This document shows positions 19,068 to 28,630 of a stretch of DNA of 64,000 nucleotides, in pieces. The notes beneath the pieces are model-generated. The model was not told the DNA's origin, did not search any database, and saw nothing but the letters and a program-made list of their open reading frames with translations. How positions within the stretch are numbered: the first letter of the stretch is position 1; each line of letters begins with the position of its first letter. This DNA is from an uncultured Chloroflexia bacterium (GTDB taxonomy: Bacteria; Chloroflexota; Dehalococcoidia; UBA2979), in the NCBI GenBank assembly GCA_963728205.1, contig CAVSIV010000002.1, forward strand, positions 352,001-416,000. Reading direction: 5' to 3'. The position numbers and the translations under genes were made by a program.

Positions 19068-20533
19068 TGACCGGACACGAGCAGTTCAACCTGATCGGCC
19101 CCTCGCTGACGCTGATGATCGGCGCGGGCGTCGTGCTGGCGGCGGACCTGCTCTGGCCGCGCCGCGCGCCGCTCTGGGGGCTCGCCGTCGTCGTGCTCGC
19201 GCTCGCAGGGCTCTACGCGCTCGCCCAGGCGCTCGGCGGCACGCACGGCAGCGGGTTCGACGGCGCCGTCGTCGTCGACGGCTTCTCGCTCTTCTTCACC
19301 TTCATCATCATCATCACGGCCGCGGCAGTGACGCTCGCGTCGAGCGAGTGGCTCCGCGGCTTCGAGCGGCAGCCGGAGTTCCTCGCGCTGCTGCTCGTCT
19401 CCGCCGGGGCGATGGTGCTGCTCACGCAGGCCGTCGACCTCGTGATGATCTTCGTCGCGCTGGAGACGACGTCGATCGCGCAGTTCGTGCTCGCCGGCAT
19501 CGTGCGTGACAACACGGGCGCCGAGGCCGGTCTGAAGTACCTGCTCGCCGGCGCCGTCGCCGCGGCGGTGCTGCTGTATGGCTTCGCGTTCCTGTGGGGG
19601 CTGTCGGGCACGACCGCGCTGGCCGGCATCGAGACGTTCGTCATGCAGGCCGACGCCGGCCTGCGCCTGCCGCTGATCCTCGCGTTCGTGCTGGTCGCGG
19701 CCGGGTTCGGCTTCAAGATGGCGATCGTGCCCTTCCAGGGCTGGGTGCCGGACGTCTACCAGGGCGCGCCGACGCCGGTCGCGGCGTACCTCTCGGTCGC
19801 GTCGAAGGCGGCCGGGTTCGCGATCGTGCTCCGCGTGTTCTACGTGGGGCTCGGCGGCGGCGGGACGTTCATCTCGGGCGAGTGGGCGCTGATGTTCGGC
19901 GTCTTCGCCGCTGCGTCCATGATCTTCGGGAACGCGGGGGCGTTGCTCCAGACGAACGTGAAGCGGCTGCTCGGCTACTCGTCAATCGCGCAGGCGGGGA
20001 ACATCGCCGTCGGCCTCGCGGCCGTGGCCGCCGGCAGCACGCTCGGCGCGTCCGGCGTGATGTTCTTCATCCTCACCTACGTCGCGACGAACCTCGGCGC
20101 GTTCCTCTGCGTGCTCGTGATCTCGCAGCACGTCGGCAGCGACGACATCTCGGCGTACGCGGGCCTCGTGCGGCGCGCGCCGGCGCTCACGCTGATCCTC
20201 GCGCTCTGCCTGGTGTCGCTGACCGGCATTCCGCCGACCGCGGGCTTCATGGCAAAGGTCTACGTCTTCAACGCGGCCGTGCACGCGAACGAGCAGTGGC
20301 TGATCGCGCTCGTGGCCGTGGCCGTCGTGAACACCGCCATCTCGGCCTTCTACTACCTGAGGCTCGTGCGCACGATGCTGCTCGACGAGCCGCTCGACGA
20401 CTCGCCGATCGGCGCGGCGATGCCGGCGCAGGCCGTGCTGGGGGCGGCCGCGGCGGGCGTGTTGCTGATCGGCCTCATCCCGACGCCGCTGATCTCGGCC
20501 GCTGCCCGCGCGGCGCAGGTCCTGCACCAGTAG
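19067..20533 (+). CDS. nuoN: NADH-quinone oxidoreductase subunit N
   Basis: EAGLKYLL, FKMAIVPFQGWVPDVYQGAPTP, TGIPPTAGFMAK; TGATG overlap. Confidence 0.96.
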   Translation: MTGHEQFNLIGPSLTLMIGAGVVLAADLLWPRRAPLWGLAVVVLALAGLYALAQALGGTHGSGFDGAVVVDGFSLFFTFIIIITAAAVTLASSEWLRGFERQPEFLALLLVSAGAMVLLTQAVDLVMIFVALETTSIAQFVLAGIVRDNTGAEAGLKYLLAGAVAAAVLLYGFAFLWGLSGTTALAGIETFVMQADAGLRLPLILAFVLVAAGFGFKMAIVPFQGWVPDVYQGAPTPVAAYLSVASKAAGFAIVLRVFYVGLGGGGTFISGEWALMFGVFAAASMIFGNAGALLQTNVKRLLGYSSIAQAGNIAVGLAAVAAGSTLGASGVMFFILTYVATNLGAFLCVLVISQHVGSDDISAYAGLVRRAPALTLILALCLVSLTGIPPTAGFMAKVYVFNAAVHANEQWLIALVAVAVVNTAISAFYYLRLVRTMLLDEPLDDSPIGAAMPAQAVLGAAAAGVLLIGLIPTPLISAAARAAQVLHQ

Positions 20534-20561
20534 CGGGCGCCGCGTGGCGCGCCGACCACCC

Positions 20562-21047
20562 GTGCCCTACGACGTCGCCATCGACCTGCAGGTGCTCGCC
20601 GCGGACGTCGCCGTGCCCGCGCTGGAGGCGATGATCGCGCAGGCGCTCGCCGACGACGGCTGCGCCGACGGTGCCGCCCTCGCGGTCGTGCTCGTGGACG
20701 ACGACGCGATCCGCGCGCTCAACCGCGAGCACCGCGATGCCGACGAGCCGACGGACGTGCTGTCGTTCCCCGCCGACGAGGGCGAGGCCTTCCCCGACGC
20801 CGGCGACGCCGGCGACGAGCCGCCGTACCTGGGCGACATCGTGATCTCGCTCGAGACCGTGCGACGGCAGGCCGCGGAGCTCGCGCTGCCGTTCACGCTC
20901 GAGTTGCGACACGTTGCGCTGCACGGCGTGCTGCACCTCCTCGGGTACGACCACCTGACGCCGGAGGACGAAGCGCGCATGCGCGGCCGCGAGGAGCGCG
21001 TGCTCGGCGCGGAGATCCACGCGGACGCGCGCCGGCACGAAGACTGA
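20562..21047 (+). CDS. ybeY: rRNA maturation RNase YbeY
   Basis: PTDVLSFP, LGDIVIS, HGVLHLLGYDH; start uncertain (20544 or 20562). Confidence 0.95.
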   Translation: MPYDVAIDLQVLAADVAVPALEAMIAQALADDGCADGAALAVVLVDDDAIRALNREHRDADEPTDVLSFPADEGEAFPDAGDAGDEPPYLGDIVISLETVRRQAAELALPFTLELRHVALHGVLHLLGYDHLTPEDEARMRGREERVLGAEIHADARRHED

Positions 21048-21193
21048 GCCCGGGGCGAGCGCGCTCAATCCGGCAACGGCGGGTGCACGCCGCGCTGCTC
21101 GCGGTGGCGGAGAGGTGGGCCGGACCGCACCGGGACCCCCTGCTACACTGGGCCCGAGACGCCTCGAACTCCCCTCGAGGCGGCGGGGGTAGC

Positions 21194-23008
21194 GTGAACC
21201 AGGCCGCAACGGCCCAGTCCCACCAGCAGGTTCTCTACCGCAAGTGGCGCCCGCGCCGCTTCGAGGACGTCGTCGGGCAGACGGCGGTGATCACCACGCT
21301 CCGCAACGCCGTGGCGAGCGGGAACCCGGCGCACGCGTACCTCTTCACGGGGCCGCGCGGCACCGGCAAGACGAGCACCGGCCGCATCATGGCGAAGGCG
21401 GTGAACTGCACGTCGCCGATCGACGGCGAGCCGGACGGCACCTGTGCCTCCTGTCGCTCATACGACGCCGGGCAGGCGTTCGACCTGATCGAGCTCGACG
21501 CGGCTTCCAACCGCGGCATCGACGAGATCCGCGACCTCCGCGAGAGCGCCGGCTACGCCCCGAGCAGCGGCCGCTACAAGGTCTACCTCATCGACGAGGT
21601 TCACATGCTCACGGACGCGGCGTTCAACGCGCTGCTGAAGACGCTCGAGGAGCCGCCGCCGCACATCATCTTCATCCTCGCGACGACCGAGCCGCACAAG
21701 ATCCCGGCGACGATCCTCTCGCGCTGCCAGCGCTTCGACTTCCGCCGCCACACGGTCGACGACATCGTCCGCCAGCTGCGGAAGATCGCGGAGGGCGAGA
21801 GCATCGACGTCGAGGAGGGCGGCTTCGAGCTGATCGCGCGGCAGGCGACGGGGTCGCTGCGCGACGCGGTCAACCTGCTCGACCAGCTCTCCGCCTACCA
21901 CGGCGACTCGCTCGACCTCGACGCGGTGCGCTCCGGGCTTGGTCTCGTGGTCGACAGCCGCGCGGCGGACCTGGCGCGCGCCGCCGTGGAGCGCGACCTG
22001 AAGAGCGGGCTGAGCATCCTCGCGGCGGCGCGCGACGACGGCATCGAGATCCGCGCGTTCATCCGCGAGGTCGTGGCGATGCTGCGCACCACGCTGCACC
22101 TGAAGGCCGGCGCCGGCGACCACCTCGGGCTCTCCGACGCGCAGGCTGCGGAGATGCGCGCACTGGCCGGCGACGCCGACGTGGTCGACGTCGTGGCCGC
22201 GCTCGAGGCGTTTGGCTCGCTCGACTTTGGCGGCGACGCGTACGACTCGCTGCCGGCGGAGATCGCGTTCGCGGCGCTGGCCGCAGGGCCGACGCCGATC
22301 GCGGCGGCCGCGGCCGCGGCAGCGGCCGCGCCGGCAACCGGTGCGCCGCACGTGGAGACGGCCGCTGCGCCGCCGCAGGCGCGTCCCGCCGCCGAGCGGC
22401 CGCAGCGCGCGGCTCCCGCCGTGCCGCGCCGCGATGCGCCGCGGCCGGCGCCTCCGCGCGAGCAGGTGTCTCCGCGCGACGCATCTTCGGCCCGCGGGCC
22501 GGAGACCGGCGGCGAGCGGCCGCCCGCGCACCCCGCGCGCCGGCCTGCCGCATCCCCACCGGGCGAGTCCGCGCCGCCGCCCGCAGCCGCCCCCGTGCGT
22601 CCACCGGCCGCAGCCGCCGCGTTCGTTCCGCCGGACGCCGCGTCGGGCGGCGACGAGCTGCACGCGCTACGCGACCGCTGGGACGACATCCGCGACCGCG
22701 CGCGCAAGCTGCACTTCCGCGCCGGCGCGCTGCTCGTCGCCGCGTTCCCGCGCTCGTTCGACGGCGATCGCGTCGAGCTCGGCTTCCGCTTCCCGAACCA
22801 CGTCGACATGGTGCGCGACGCCGAGAGCGGCAAGGTCCTGCAGGCGATCAGCGAGGCCGTGTCCTCCGCCGTCGGCCGGCCGGTCGTCGTCGAGCCCGTG
22901 CTCTGGGAGGAGCTCGCGACGAACGCGCCCGCCCCCGCGCGACAGTCCAGCGGCGGCCACCTCGTCGACGAGGCGCGGCGCCTCGGCGCCGTGCCCGTCG
23001 ACGACTGA
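21194..23008 (+). CDS. dnaX: DNA polymerase III subunit gamma/tau
   Basis: [29 protein letters not shown], Pro/Ala-rich linker. Confidence 0.96.
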   Translation: MNQAATAQSHQQVLYRKWRPRRFEDVVGQTAVITTLRNAVASGNPAHAYLFTGPRGTGKTSTGRIMAKAVNCTSPIDGEPDGTCASCRSYDAGQAFDLIELDAASNRGIDEIRDLRESAGYAPSSGRYKVYLIDEVHMLTDAAFNALLKTLEEPPPHIIFILATTEPHKIPATILSRCQRFDFRRHTVDDIVRQLRKIAEGESIDVEEGGFELIARQATGSLRDAVNLLDQLSAYHGDSLDLDAVRSGLGLVVDSRAADLARAAVERDLKSGLSILAAARDDGIEIRAFIREVVAMLRTTLHLKAGAGDHLGLSDAQAAEMRALAGDADVVDVVAALEAFGSLDFGGDAYDSLPAEIAFAALAAGPTPIAAAAAAAAAAPATGAPHVETAAAPPQARPAAERPQRAAPAVPRRDAPRPAPPREQVSPRDASSARGPETGGERPPAHPARRPAASPPGESAPPPAAAPVRPPAAAAAFVPPDAASGGDELHALRDRWDDIRDRARKLHFRAGALLVAAFPRSFDGDRVELGFRFPNHVDMVRDAESGKVLQAISEAVSSAVGRPVVVEPVLWEELATNAPAPARQSSGGHLVDEARRLGAVPVDD

Positions 23009-23015
23009 GTCGCGC

Positions 23016-23639
23016 GTGAACCGACAGGGCCGCCCCGGGGAGGAGTCGCCGATTAGCCGGCTGGTGGACGCGTTCCACCGGCTTCCCGGCATCGGCCCGA
23101 AATCCGCGCAGCGGCTCGCCTACCACGTCCTTCGCGCGCCGCAGGAGGAAGCGGTCGAACTCGCCGAGGCGCTGCTCGAGGTGAAGCAACGCATCGTGCT
23201 CTGCGAGCGCTGCCAGGACCTGACGTCGGACTCGCCCTGTCGCATCTGCCTCGACCCGGGCCGCGACCGGACGGTGATCTGCGTCGTCGAGGAGCCGCTC
23301 GACGTCCGTGCCATCGAGCGCACCGGCGGCTTCCGCGGGCTCTACCACGTGCTCCACGGCGTGATCTCGCCGGCCGACGGGATCGGTCCCGAGGACCTCA
23401 AGATCCAGGAGCTGCTCGCCCGCATTCGCGACGTCGACATGGACGTCGCGGAGGTGATCGTGGCGACGAACCCGAACCTCGAGGGCGAGGCGACGGCGAT
23501 GTATCTCGGCCGGCTGCTGCGCCCGCTCGAGATCAAGGTGACGCGCCTCGCGCGCGGCCTCCCGGCCGGCGCGGACCTCGAGTACGCGGACGACGTCACG
23601 CTGGGCCGCGCCCTGGAGTTCCGCCAGGAAGTGGGCTAG
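23016..23639 (+). CDS. recR: Recombination mediator RecR
   Basis: [14 protein letters not shown]4 zinc finger, [12 protein letters not shown]. Confidence 0.96.
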   Translation: MNRQGRPGEESPISRLVDAFHRLPGIGPKSAQRLAYHVLRAPQEEAVELAEALLEVKQRIVLCERCQDLTSDSPCRICLDPGRDRTVICVVEEPLDVRAIERTGGFRGLYHVLHGVISPADGIGPEDLKIQELLARIRDVDMDVAEVIVATNPNLEGEATAMYLGRLLRPLEIKVTRLARGLPAGADLEYADDVTLGRALEFRQEVG

Positions 23640-23673
23640 CGCCCCGCGCCGCGATCGCGGGTACGATCGCCGC

Positions 23674-24471
23674 ATGCCCGCCCGCATTCCCCGCGTCGTC
23701 AAGACCGAGGCCATCGTGCTGCGCCGCCGCCGCCTCGGCGACGCCGACCGCATCGTCACGCTGCTGACGCCGCTGCGCGGCAAGATCGACGTCGTCGCGA
23801 AAGGCACGCTGCGCACGCGCAGTCGCATGGGTGGCCACCTCGAGCCGCCGACGCAGGTGGAGGTCGTGCTGGCGCACGGCCGCAGCATGGACATCGTCAC
23901 GCAGGCGCACGCGATCGACGCGTTCTCCGGCATCCGAGACGACCTCGACCGGCTCAGCAGCGCGATGTACCTGCTCGAAATCGCCGACCGCCTCACCTAC
24001 GAGGAGGCGGAGACGAACGCCGTCTACGGGCTGCTGCTCGCCGCGCTGACGCGCCTCGCGCGCGGTGACGGCGCGCAGCTCGTGACGCGCACGTTCGAGC
24101 TCGGGCTGCTGGAGGCCGCGGGCTTCCGCCCGGAGTGGGGCCAGTGCATCGCGTGCGGGGGGGCGGTGCCGGCCGACGACGCCGCGTGGTCCGCGGCCGA
24201 TGGTGGCGTGCTCTGCCGCGACTGCCGCGCCGGCCATCCCGACGCGACCGCGCTCGACGTCCGCGTGCTGCGCGTGCTGCGCGCGTACCAGGCGCTGCCG
24301 TACGAGGAGGCTGCGCGCATCCGCCTCGACCCGGAGCTGATCGGGCGGCTGGAGCGCGTCATGAACGAGCTGATGCGCACGGTCGTGGAGCGCGAGCTGA
24401 AGAGCGCGGAGTTCGTCGCCACGGCGCGCCGCGCGGGGGCGCGCACCGAACCGGCGAGCGGCCCGGTCTAG
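23674..24471 (+). CDS. recO: DNA repair protein RecO
   Basis: EAIVLRR..LGDADRIVTLLT..GK..VVAKG, plus CxxC...CxxC zinc finger. Confidence 0.94.
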   Translation: MPARIPRVVKTEAIVLRRRRLGDADRIVTLLTPLRGKIDVVAKGTLRTRSRMGGHLEPPTQVEVVLAHGRSMDIVTQAHAIDAFSGIRDDLDRLSSAMYLLEIADRLTYEEAETNAVYGLLLAALTRLARGDGAQLVTRTFELGLLEAAGFRPEWGQCIACGGAVPADDAAWSAADGGVLCRDCRAGHPDATALDVRVLRVLRAYQALPYEEAARIRLDPELIGRLERVMNELMRTVVERELKSAEFVATARRAGARTEPASGPV

Positions 24472-25764
24472 GACTCGCGCGCGAGCACGTAGTCGACGAT
24501 GCCCTCGAGCGTGGAGCGCACCTCGCCCGGCGGCAGCGCAGCGAGCGCCTGCTTCGCCTCGCCGGCGAAGTTGCGCGCCGTCGTCATGCTCTGCTCGAGC
24601 ACGTCCGACTCCTGGATACTCGCGGATTGCCCGCTCGAAGTTGGCGCGCGGGCGGATGCCCTCGAACGCCTTCTTCACGGGGTTGTCGTCGGGGTTGCGC
24701 TGCATGTAGAGGATGGCCGGCAGCGTGAGCGTGCCGCCCTGCAGGTCCGAGCCGACCGGCTTGCCCATCGTCTCGGCGTCGCCCGTGAAGTCGAGGATGT
24801 CGTCGACAATCTGGAACGCGATGCCGAGGCGCAGGCCGTAGAGACGCATCGCCGCGCACTGCTCGGGGGTCGCGCCGCCGACAATCGCGCCGCCCTCGGC
24901 GGCCGTACCGAAGAGCGACGCGGTCTTGCCGGTGATGCGGTCCAGGTAGCGCGTGACGTCCTCGGAGTACTCGAAGACCGTCATGTCCTGCTTCAGCTCG
25001 CCGTTCGCCATCATCATCAGCGTCTCGGCGAACTTGCGGACGACGAGCGTGTTGTCGGTGCGCGCGATGAAGTCGGCGGCGTGCGCGAACATGTAGTCGC
25101 CGAGCATCACCGAGGCCGAGTTGCCGAACAGCGCGGCGGCCGTGGGCTTGCCGCGCCGCTCGGTGGCCTCGTCAATCACGTCGTCGTGGACGAGGGTGGC
25201 GGTATGCAGTAGCTCGACGCTCGCGGCCATCGGCACGAGCCGGTCGAGCGGGTAGCTGTCGCCGATGCGGCCCGCGAGCAGGGCGATGGCGGGGCGCATC
25301 ATCTTGCCGGTTCCGGCCAGCGCCTGTTCCAGCATCCTGCGCAGGAACTCGAACTCGACGTTCGACGCGACCGAGAGCATCTGCTCGCGCACGCGCGGCA
25401 GATCGCCGGCGACGGGGCCGTAGAGGTCGGTCGCGGCCGGTGCGGGCGCGGGAGTCGGCGCCGCTGGCGCCGACATCTCCGCGGCGGGAGGCGGCGCGTC
25501 CGCCACGCCGGGAGGCTGATCGATGGTGGTGATCGGCTCACGCGCCGCCAGGAGGTCCGAGGGACCGTCGATCGCCGTTGCCGGCGCCGGCAGGAGCCGC
25601 CAGGCGGCGAGGTAGGCGAGCCCGCCGATGCCGGCGGTGGCCACGGACAGCGCGACCGTGGCCGCGCGAACGCCATTCACGGGGTACTGGTAGCGCGCGG
25701 CGATGCCGGCGCACACCCCGCCCAGCAGGCCGTGCTCGGGATCGCGATTGGTCGCCAGCGTCAT
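24468..25764 (-). CDS. Polyprenyl diphosphate synthase with N-terminal PspC-like domain; one frameshift near 24624
   Basis: GKMMRP, LVHDDVID, FQIVDDILD, GKPVGSDL; removing one base at 24624-24625 restores a normal C-terminus (...IASIQESDVLEQS...VDYVLARES*). Confidence 0.88.
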
Positions 25765-26618
25765 ACCGCGCCTCCGCCGTCCGCCGACGGCACCCACCCG
25801 AAGAGGCGGGCCGTGTTGTCCGCGGTCGTGCGCGCGAGGTCGACGGGATCGCACCCGCGCTGCGAGGCCACGAACCGCCCGGTCTCCGCGACGTACGCCG
25901 GCTCATTCCGCCCGCCGCGGTGCGGGACCGGTGTCAGATACGGGCAGTCCGTCTCCAGCACCATCGCCGCAAGAGGGATGGTACACGCCACATCCCGTCC
26001 GCGGGTGTTGGACGGGTAGGTGACGGTCCCCGGGATCGAAAGGACGAAACCGAGTTCGACATAACGCATCGCCAGCTCGGCGTCGCCGGCAAAGCAGTGC
26101 AGCATCCCGATCTCACGGTCCGGTCCCAGGTAGCGGCCGACGCGACGCGCCCACCCCGACAGCGCGTCGAACGTCTCGGCGTCGGCGTTGCGTGAGTGGA
26201 TCACGACCGGCAGCGCGACCTCGCGGGCGAGCGCGAGCTGCCAGACGAGCGCGGCCTGCTGCGCGTCGGGCGGCGAGAGGTTGCGATAGAAGTCGAGCCC
26301 GATCTCGCCGATCGCGACGAAGCCGCCGCCACCGATCAGCGTGGCGAGCCCGTCGCGCTCGCGGACGAGGTGCTGCGCCTCGTGCGGGTGGAGCCCGGCG
26401 ACGGCGGCCACGCGCGCGTCGCGGCGTGCCAGCTCGAGGCAGCGCAGGCTGGAGTCGGTGTCGACGCCGACCTCGACGACGCCGACGAGCCCGGCGGCCC
26501 AGGCGCGCGTCATCACCGCTGCATGATCGTCGGCGAACTCGGGCGACCAGGTGTGCGCATGGGCGTCGATGACACCGGGCAGCGGCTCGACGACGGCCGG
26601 CTTCCGCTGTGTGCTCAC
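25761..26618 (-). CDS. tatD: TatD family hydrolase
   Basis: IDAHAH, GLHPH, IGEIGLDFY, HSR, HCF, ETDCPYL, NEP. Confidence 0.94.
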   Translation of the reverse strand: MSTQRKPAVVEPLPGVIDAHAHTWSPEFADDHAAVMTRAWAAGLVGVVEVGVDTDSSLRCLELARRDARVAAVAGLHPHEAQHLVRERDGLATLIGGGGFVAIGEIGLDFYRNLSPPDAQQAALVWQLALAREVALPVVIHSRNADAETFDALSGWARRVGRYLGPDREIGMLHCFAGDAELAMRYVELGFVLSIPGTVTYPSNTRGRDVACTIPLAAMVLETDCPYLTPVPHRGGRNEPAYVAETGRFVASQRGCDPVDLARTTADNTARLFGWVPSADGGGAV

Positions 26619-26641
26619 GGGTGCGTCGCGCGCAGTCGGGC

Positions 26642-28351
26642 CTACCGCCCGATGCGCGCTTCCTCCTCCGCGACGATCGAGTCGTCGAGCTTGCGGAAGA
26701 GCGGGCGCGGCTCGGGCAGCGGCGTGCCGGCGGCGACGGGCGAGCGACGCCAGCCGGCGGCCTGGATGTCGCCCGCGTTGCCGACGAACCGCCAGGCCTC
26801 CGCTGAGGTGAACGGGAGGAACGGCTGCAGCATCGACGCGATGCCGCTGATCGCGTTGAGCGCGACGAAGAGCGACTCGGCGGCGTGCGCGCGATCGGTC
26901 TTCAGGGCCGCCCAGGGGGCGCGGTCCTCGAGGTAGCGGTTCGCATCCTGTGCCACGCCCATCGCGCCGCTCAGTGCGCGCCGAAGCTGCACCTCGTCGA
27001 TGGCGGCCCCTACGGAGGCGAACGCGTCGTCGACGCGGCGCAGGAGCGCCCGGGATTCCGCCGCGAGCTCGCCCGGCGGCTCCGGCGCGCGCGCGTCGAA
27101 GTTGCGGCGCGTGAAGGTGACGACGCGGTTCACGAGGTTGCCCCACCGCGCGAGCAACTCGTCGTTGTTGCGGCGCAAGAACTCCGCCCAGGTGAAGTCG
27201 GAGTCAGAGGTCTCGGGCATCGTGGCGGTCAGCGTGTAGCGCAGCGGGTCGGGGTCGTAGCGCTCGAGGTAGTCGGGCATCCACAGCGCCCAGTTGCGGC
27301 TCGACGACGCTTTCATGCCCGACATCGTCAAGTACTGGTTCGCCGGCACGTCGTACGGCAGGTTGAGGTCGCCGTAGCCCATCAGCAGCGCCGGCCAGAT
27401 CACGGTGTGGAACGGGACGTTGTCCTTGCCGATGAAGTAGTAGGTGCGCGCATCGGGGTCGGTCCACCACGCGTGCCATGCATCGGGGTCGCCCGTCGGG
27501 TTGGACGCGCTCGCGGCCCACTCCTTGGCGGCGGAGAGGTAGCCCATGACCGCCTCGAACCAGACGTAGACGCGCTTCTGCTCGTAGCCCTCGACCGGCA
27601 CGGGCACGCCCCAGCCGATGTCGCGCGTGAACGCGCGGTCGATCAGGCCCTCGCGCAGCCAGCCGAGCGTGAAGTTGCGCACCGCGGCGCGCCAGTGCGC
27701 CTGCGGCTCCACCCACTCGCGCAGCCGGTCCGTGAACGCGGAGAGGCGGAAGAAGAAGTGCGTCGACCTGCGCCGTTCCGGCGTGGCGTCGGAGAGGCGC
27801 GAACGCGGGTTGATCAGGTCGAGCGCGTCGAGCGTCGACTGGCAGTTGTCGCACTGGTCGCCGCGCGCGCCCTCGTAGCCGCAGCGGGGGCAGGTCCCTT
27901 CGACGTAGCGGTCGGGGAGGAATCGTCCGACGACCGGGTCGAACAGCAGCTCCTGCTCGGCCTCGTAGAGGTAGTCGCGCTCGAGCAGCCGCAGAAACAT
28001 GTCCTGCACGACCGCGACGTGGTTCTCGGTGTCCGTCGACGTGAAGAGGTCGAACGAGATGCCGAAGCGCTCAAAGGTGTCGAGGAAGCTGTGGTGGAAG
28101 CGCTCGAAGACTGCGGTGGGGGTCGTGCCCTCCTGCTCGGCGCGGACGGTGACGGGCGTGCCGTGGGAGTCCGAGCCTGAGACCATGAGGACGTGTTCGC
28201 CGCGCATGCGCTGGTAGCGCGCGAAGATGTCGGCGGGGAGGTAGGCGCCGGCGATCTGGCCGGCGTGGAGTGGACTGTTGGCGTAGGGCCAGGCGACGGC
28301 GACGAGGATGGCCCGGGGGTGGTCGGTGCGTCCGGTGGGAGCGTCAGGCAT
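26642..28351 (-). CDS. metG: Methionine--tRNA ligase
   Basis: AWPYAN, SGSDSHGTP, zinc knuckle, YVWFEA, GKDNVPFH; variant HAGQ/KASSS signature motifs. Confidence 0.96.
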   Translation of the reverse strand: MPDAPTGRTDHPRAILVAVAWPYANSPLHAGQIAGAYLPADIFARYQRMRGEHVLMVSGSDSHGTPVTVRAEQEGTTPTAVFERFHHSFLDTFERFGISFDLFTSTDTENHVAVVQDMFLRLLERDYLYEAEQELLFDPVVGRFLPDRYVEGTCPRCGYEGARGDQCDNCQSTLDALDLINPRSRLSDATPERRRSTHFFFRLSAFTDRLREWVEPQAHWRAAVRNFTLGWLREGLIDRAFTRDIGWGVPVPVEGYEQKRVYVWFEAVMGYLSAAKEWAASASNPTGDPDAWHAWWTDPDARTYYFIGKDNVPFHTVIWPALLMGYGDLNLPYDVPANQYLTMSGMKASSSRNWALWMPDYLERYDPDPLRYTLTATMPETSDSDFTWAEFLRRNNDELLARWGNLVNRVVTFTRRNFDARAPEPPGELAAESRALLRRVDDAFASVGAAIDEVQLRRALSGAMGVAQDANRYLEDRAPWAALKTDRAHAAESLFVALNAISGIASMLQPFLPFTSAEAWRFVGNAGDIQAAGWRRSPVAAGTPLPEPRPLFRKLDDSIVAEEEARIGR

Positions 28352-28456
28352 GGTTGCGAATCTAGCACGCGCCCGCGTCAGGTCCCACGAAGGGTTGGCC
28401 GTCCGGCCGCCACGGGGGCCTATCACAGAATTGCTTACCCTGCTGATTGGTACGGT

Positions 28457-28486
28457 TTGACCGTCCGGCGCGAGCGGTCCTACTAT
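28457..28486 (+). promoter_or_regulatory. Putative sigma70 promoter of guaB
   Basis: TTGACC-18 bp-TACTAT. Confidence 0.6.
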
Positions 28487-28490
28487 CGTT

Positions 28491-28611
28491 GGAAATCCTC
28501 GGAGCGAGTTCCCTGGGCGGGGAAGCCGATGCGAGGCCCGAAGTTTCGTTTCCGTAGTGCCCCTCCCGGGGCCCGTGTGTGCGTCTGAGACCCCTCGAAT
28601 CGAGGGGTCTC
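28491..28611 (+). promoter_or_regulatory. Structured 5' leader, candidate cis-regulatory RNA
   Basis: Nested short stems plus an 11-bp hairpin GAGACCCCTCG/CGAGGGGTCTC just upstream of the RBS. Confidence 0.35.
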
Positions 28612-28630
28612 TGCGTTATGGGGGTGTGAT

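Noticed and set aside
21048-21193. SRP RNA (ffs) upstream of dnaX
   Set aside because: No SRP domain IV motif found; the region looks like a promoter (TGCTACACT) and short leader.
21194-23008. Programmed -1 frameshift in dnaX
   Set aside because: No A-AAA-AAG or poly-A slippery site seen.
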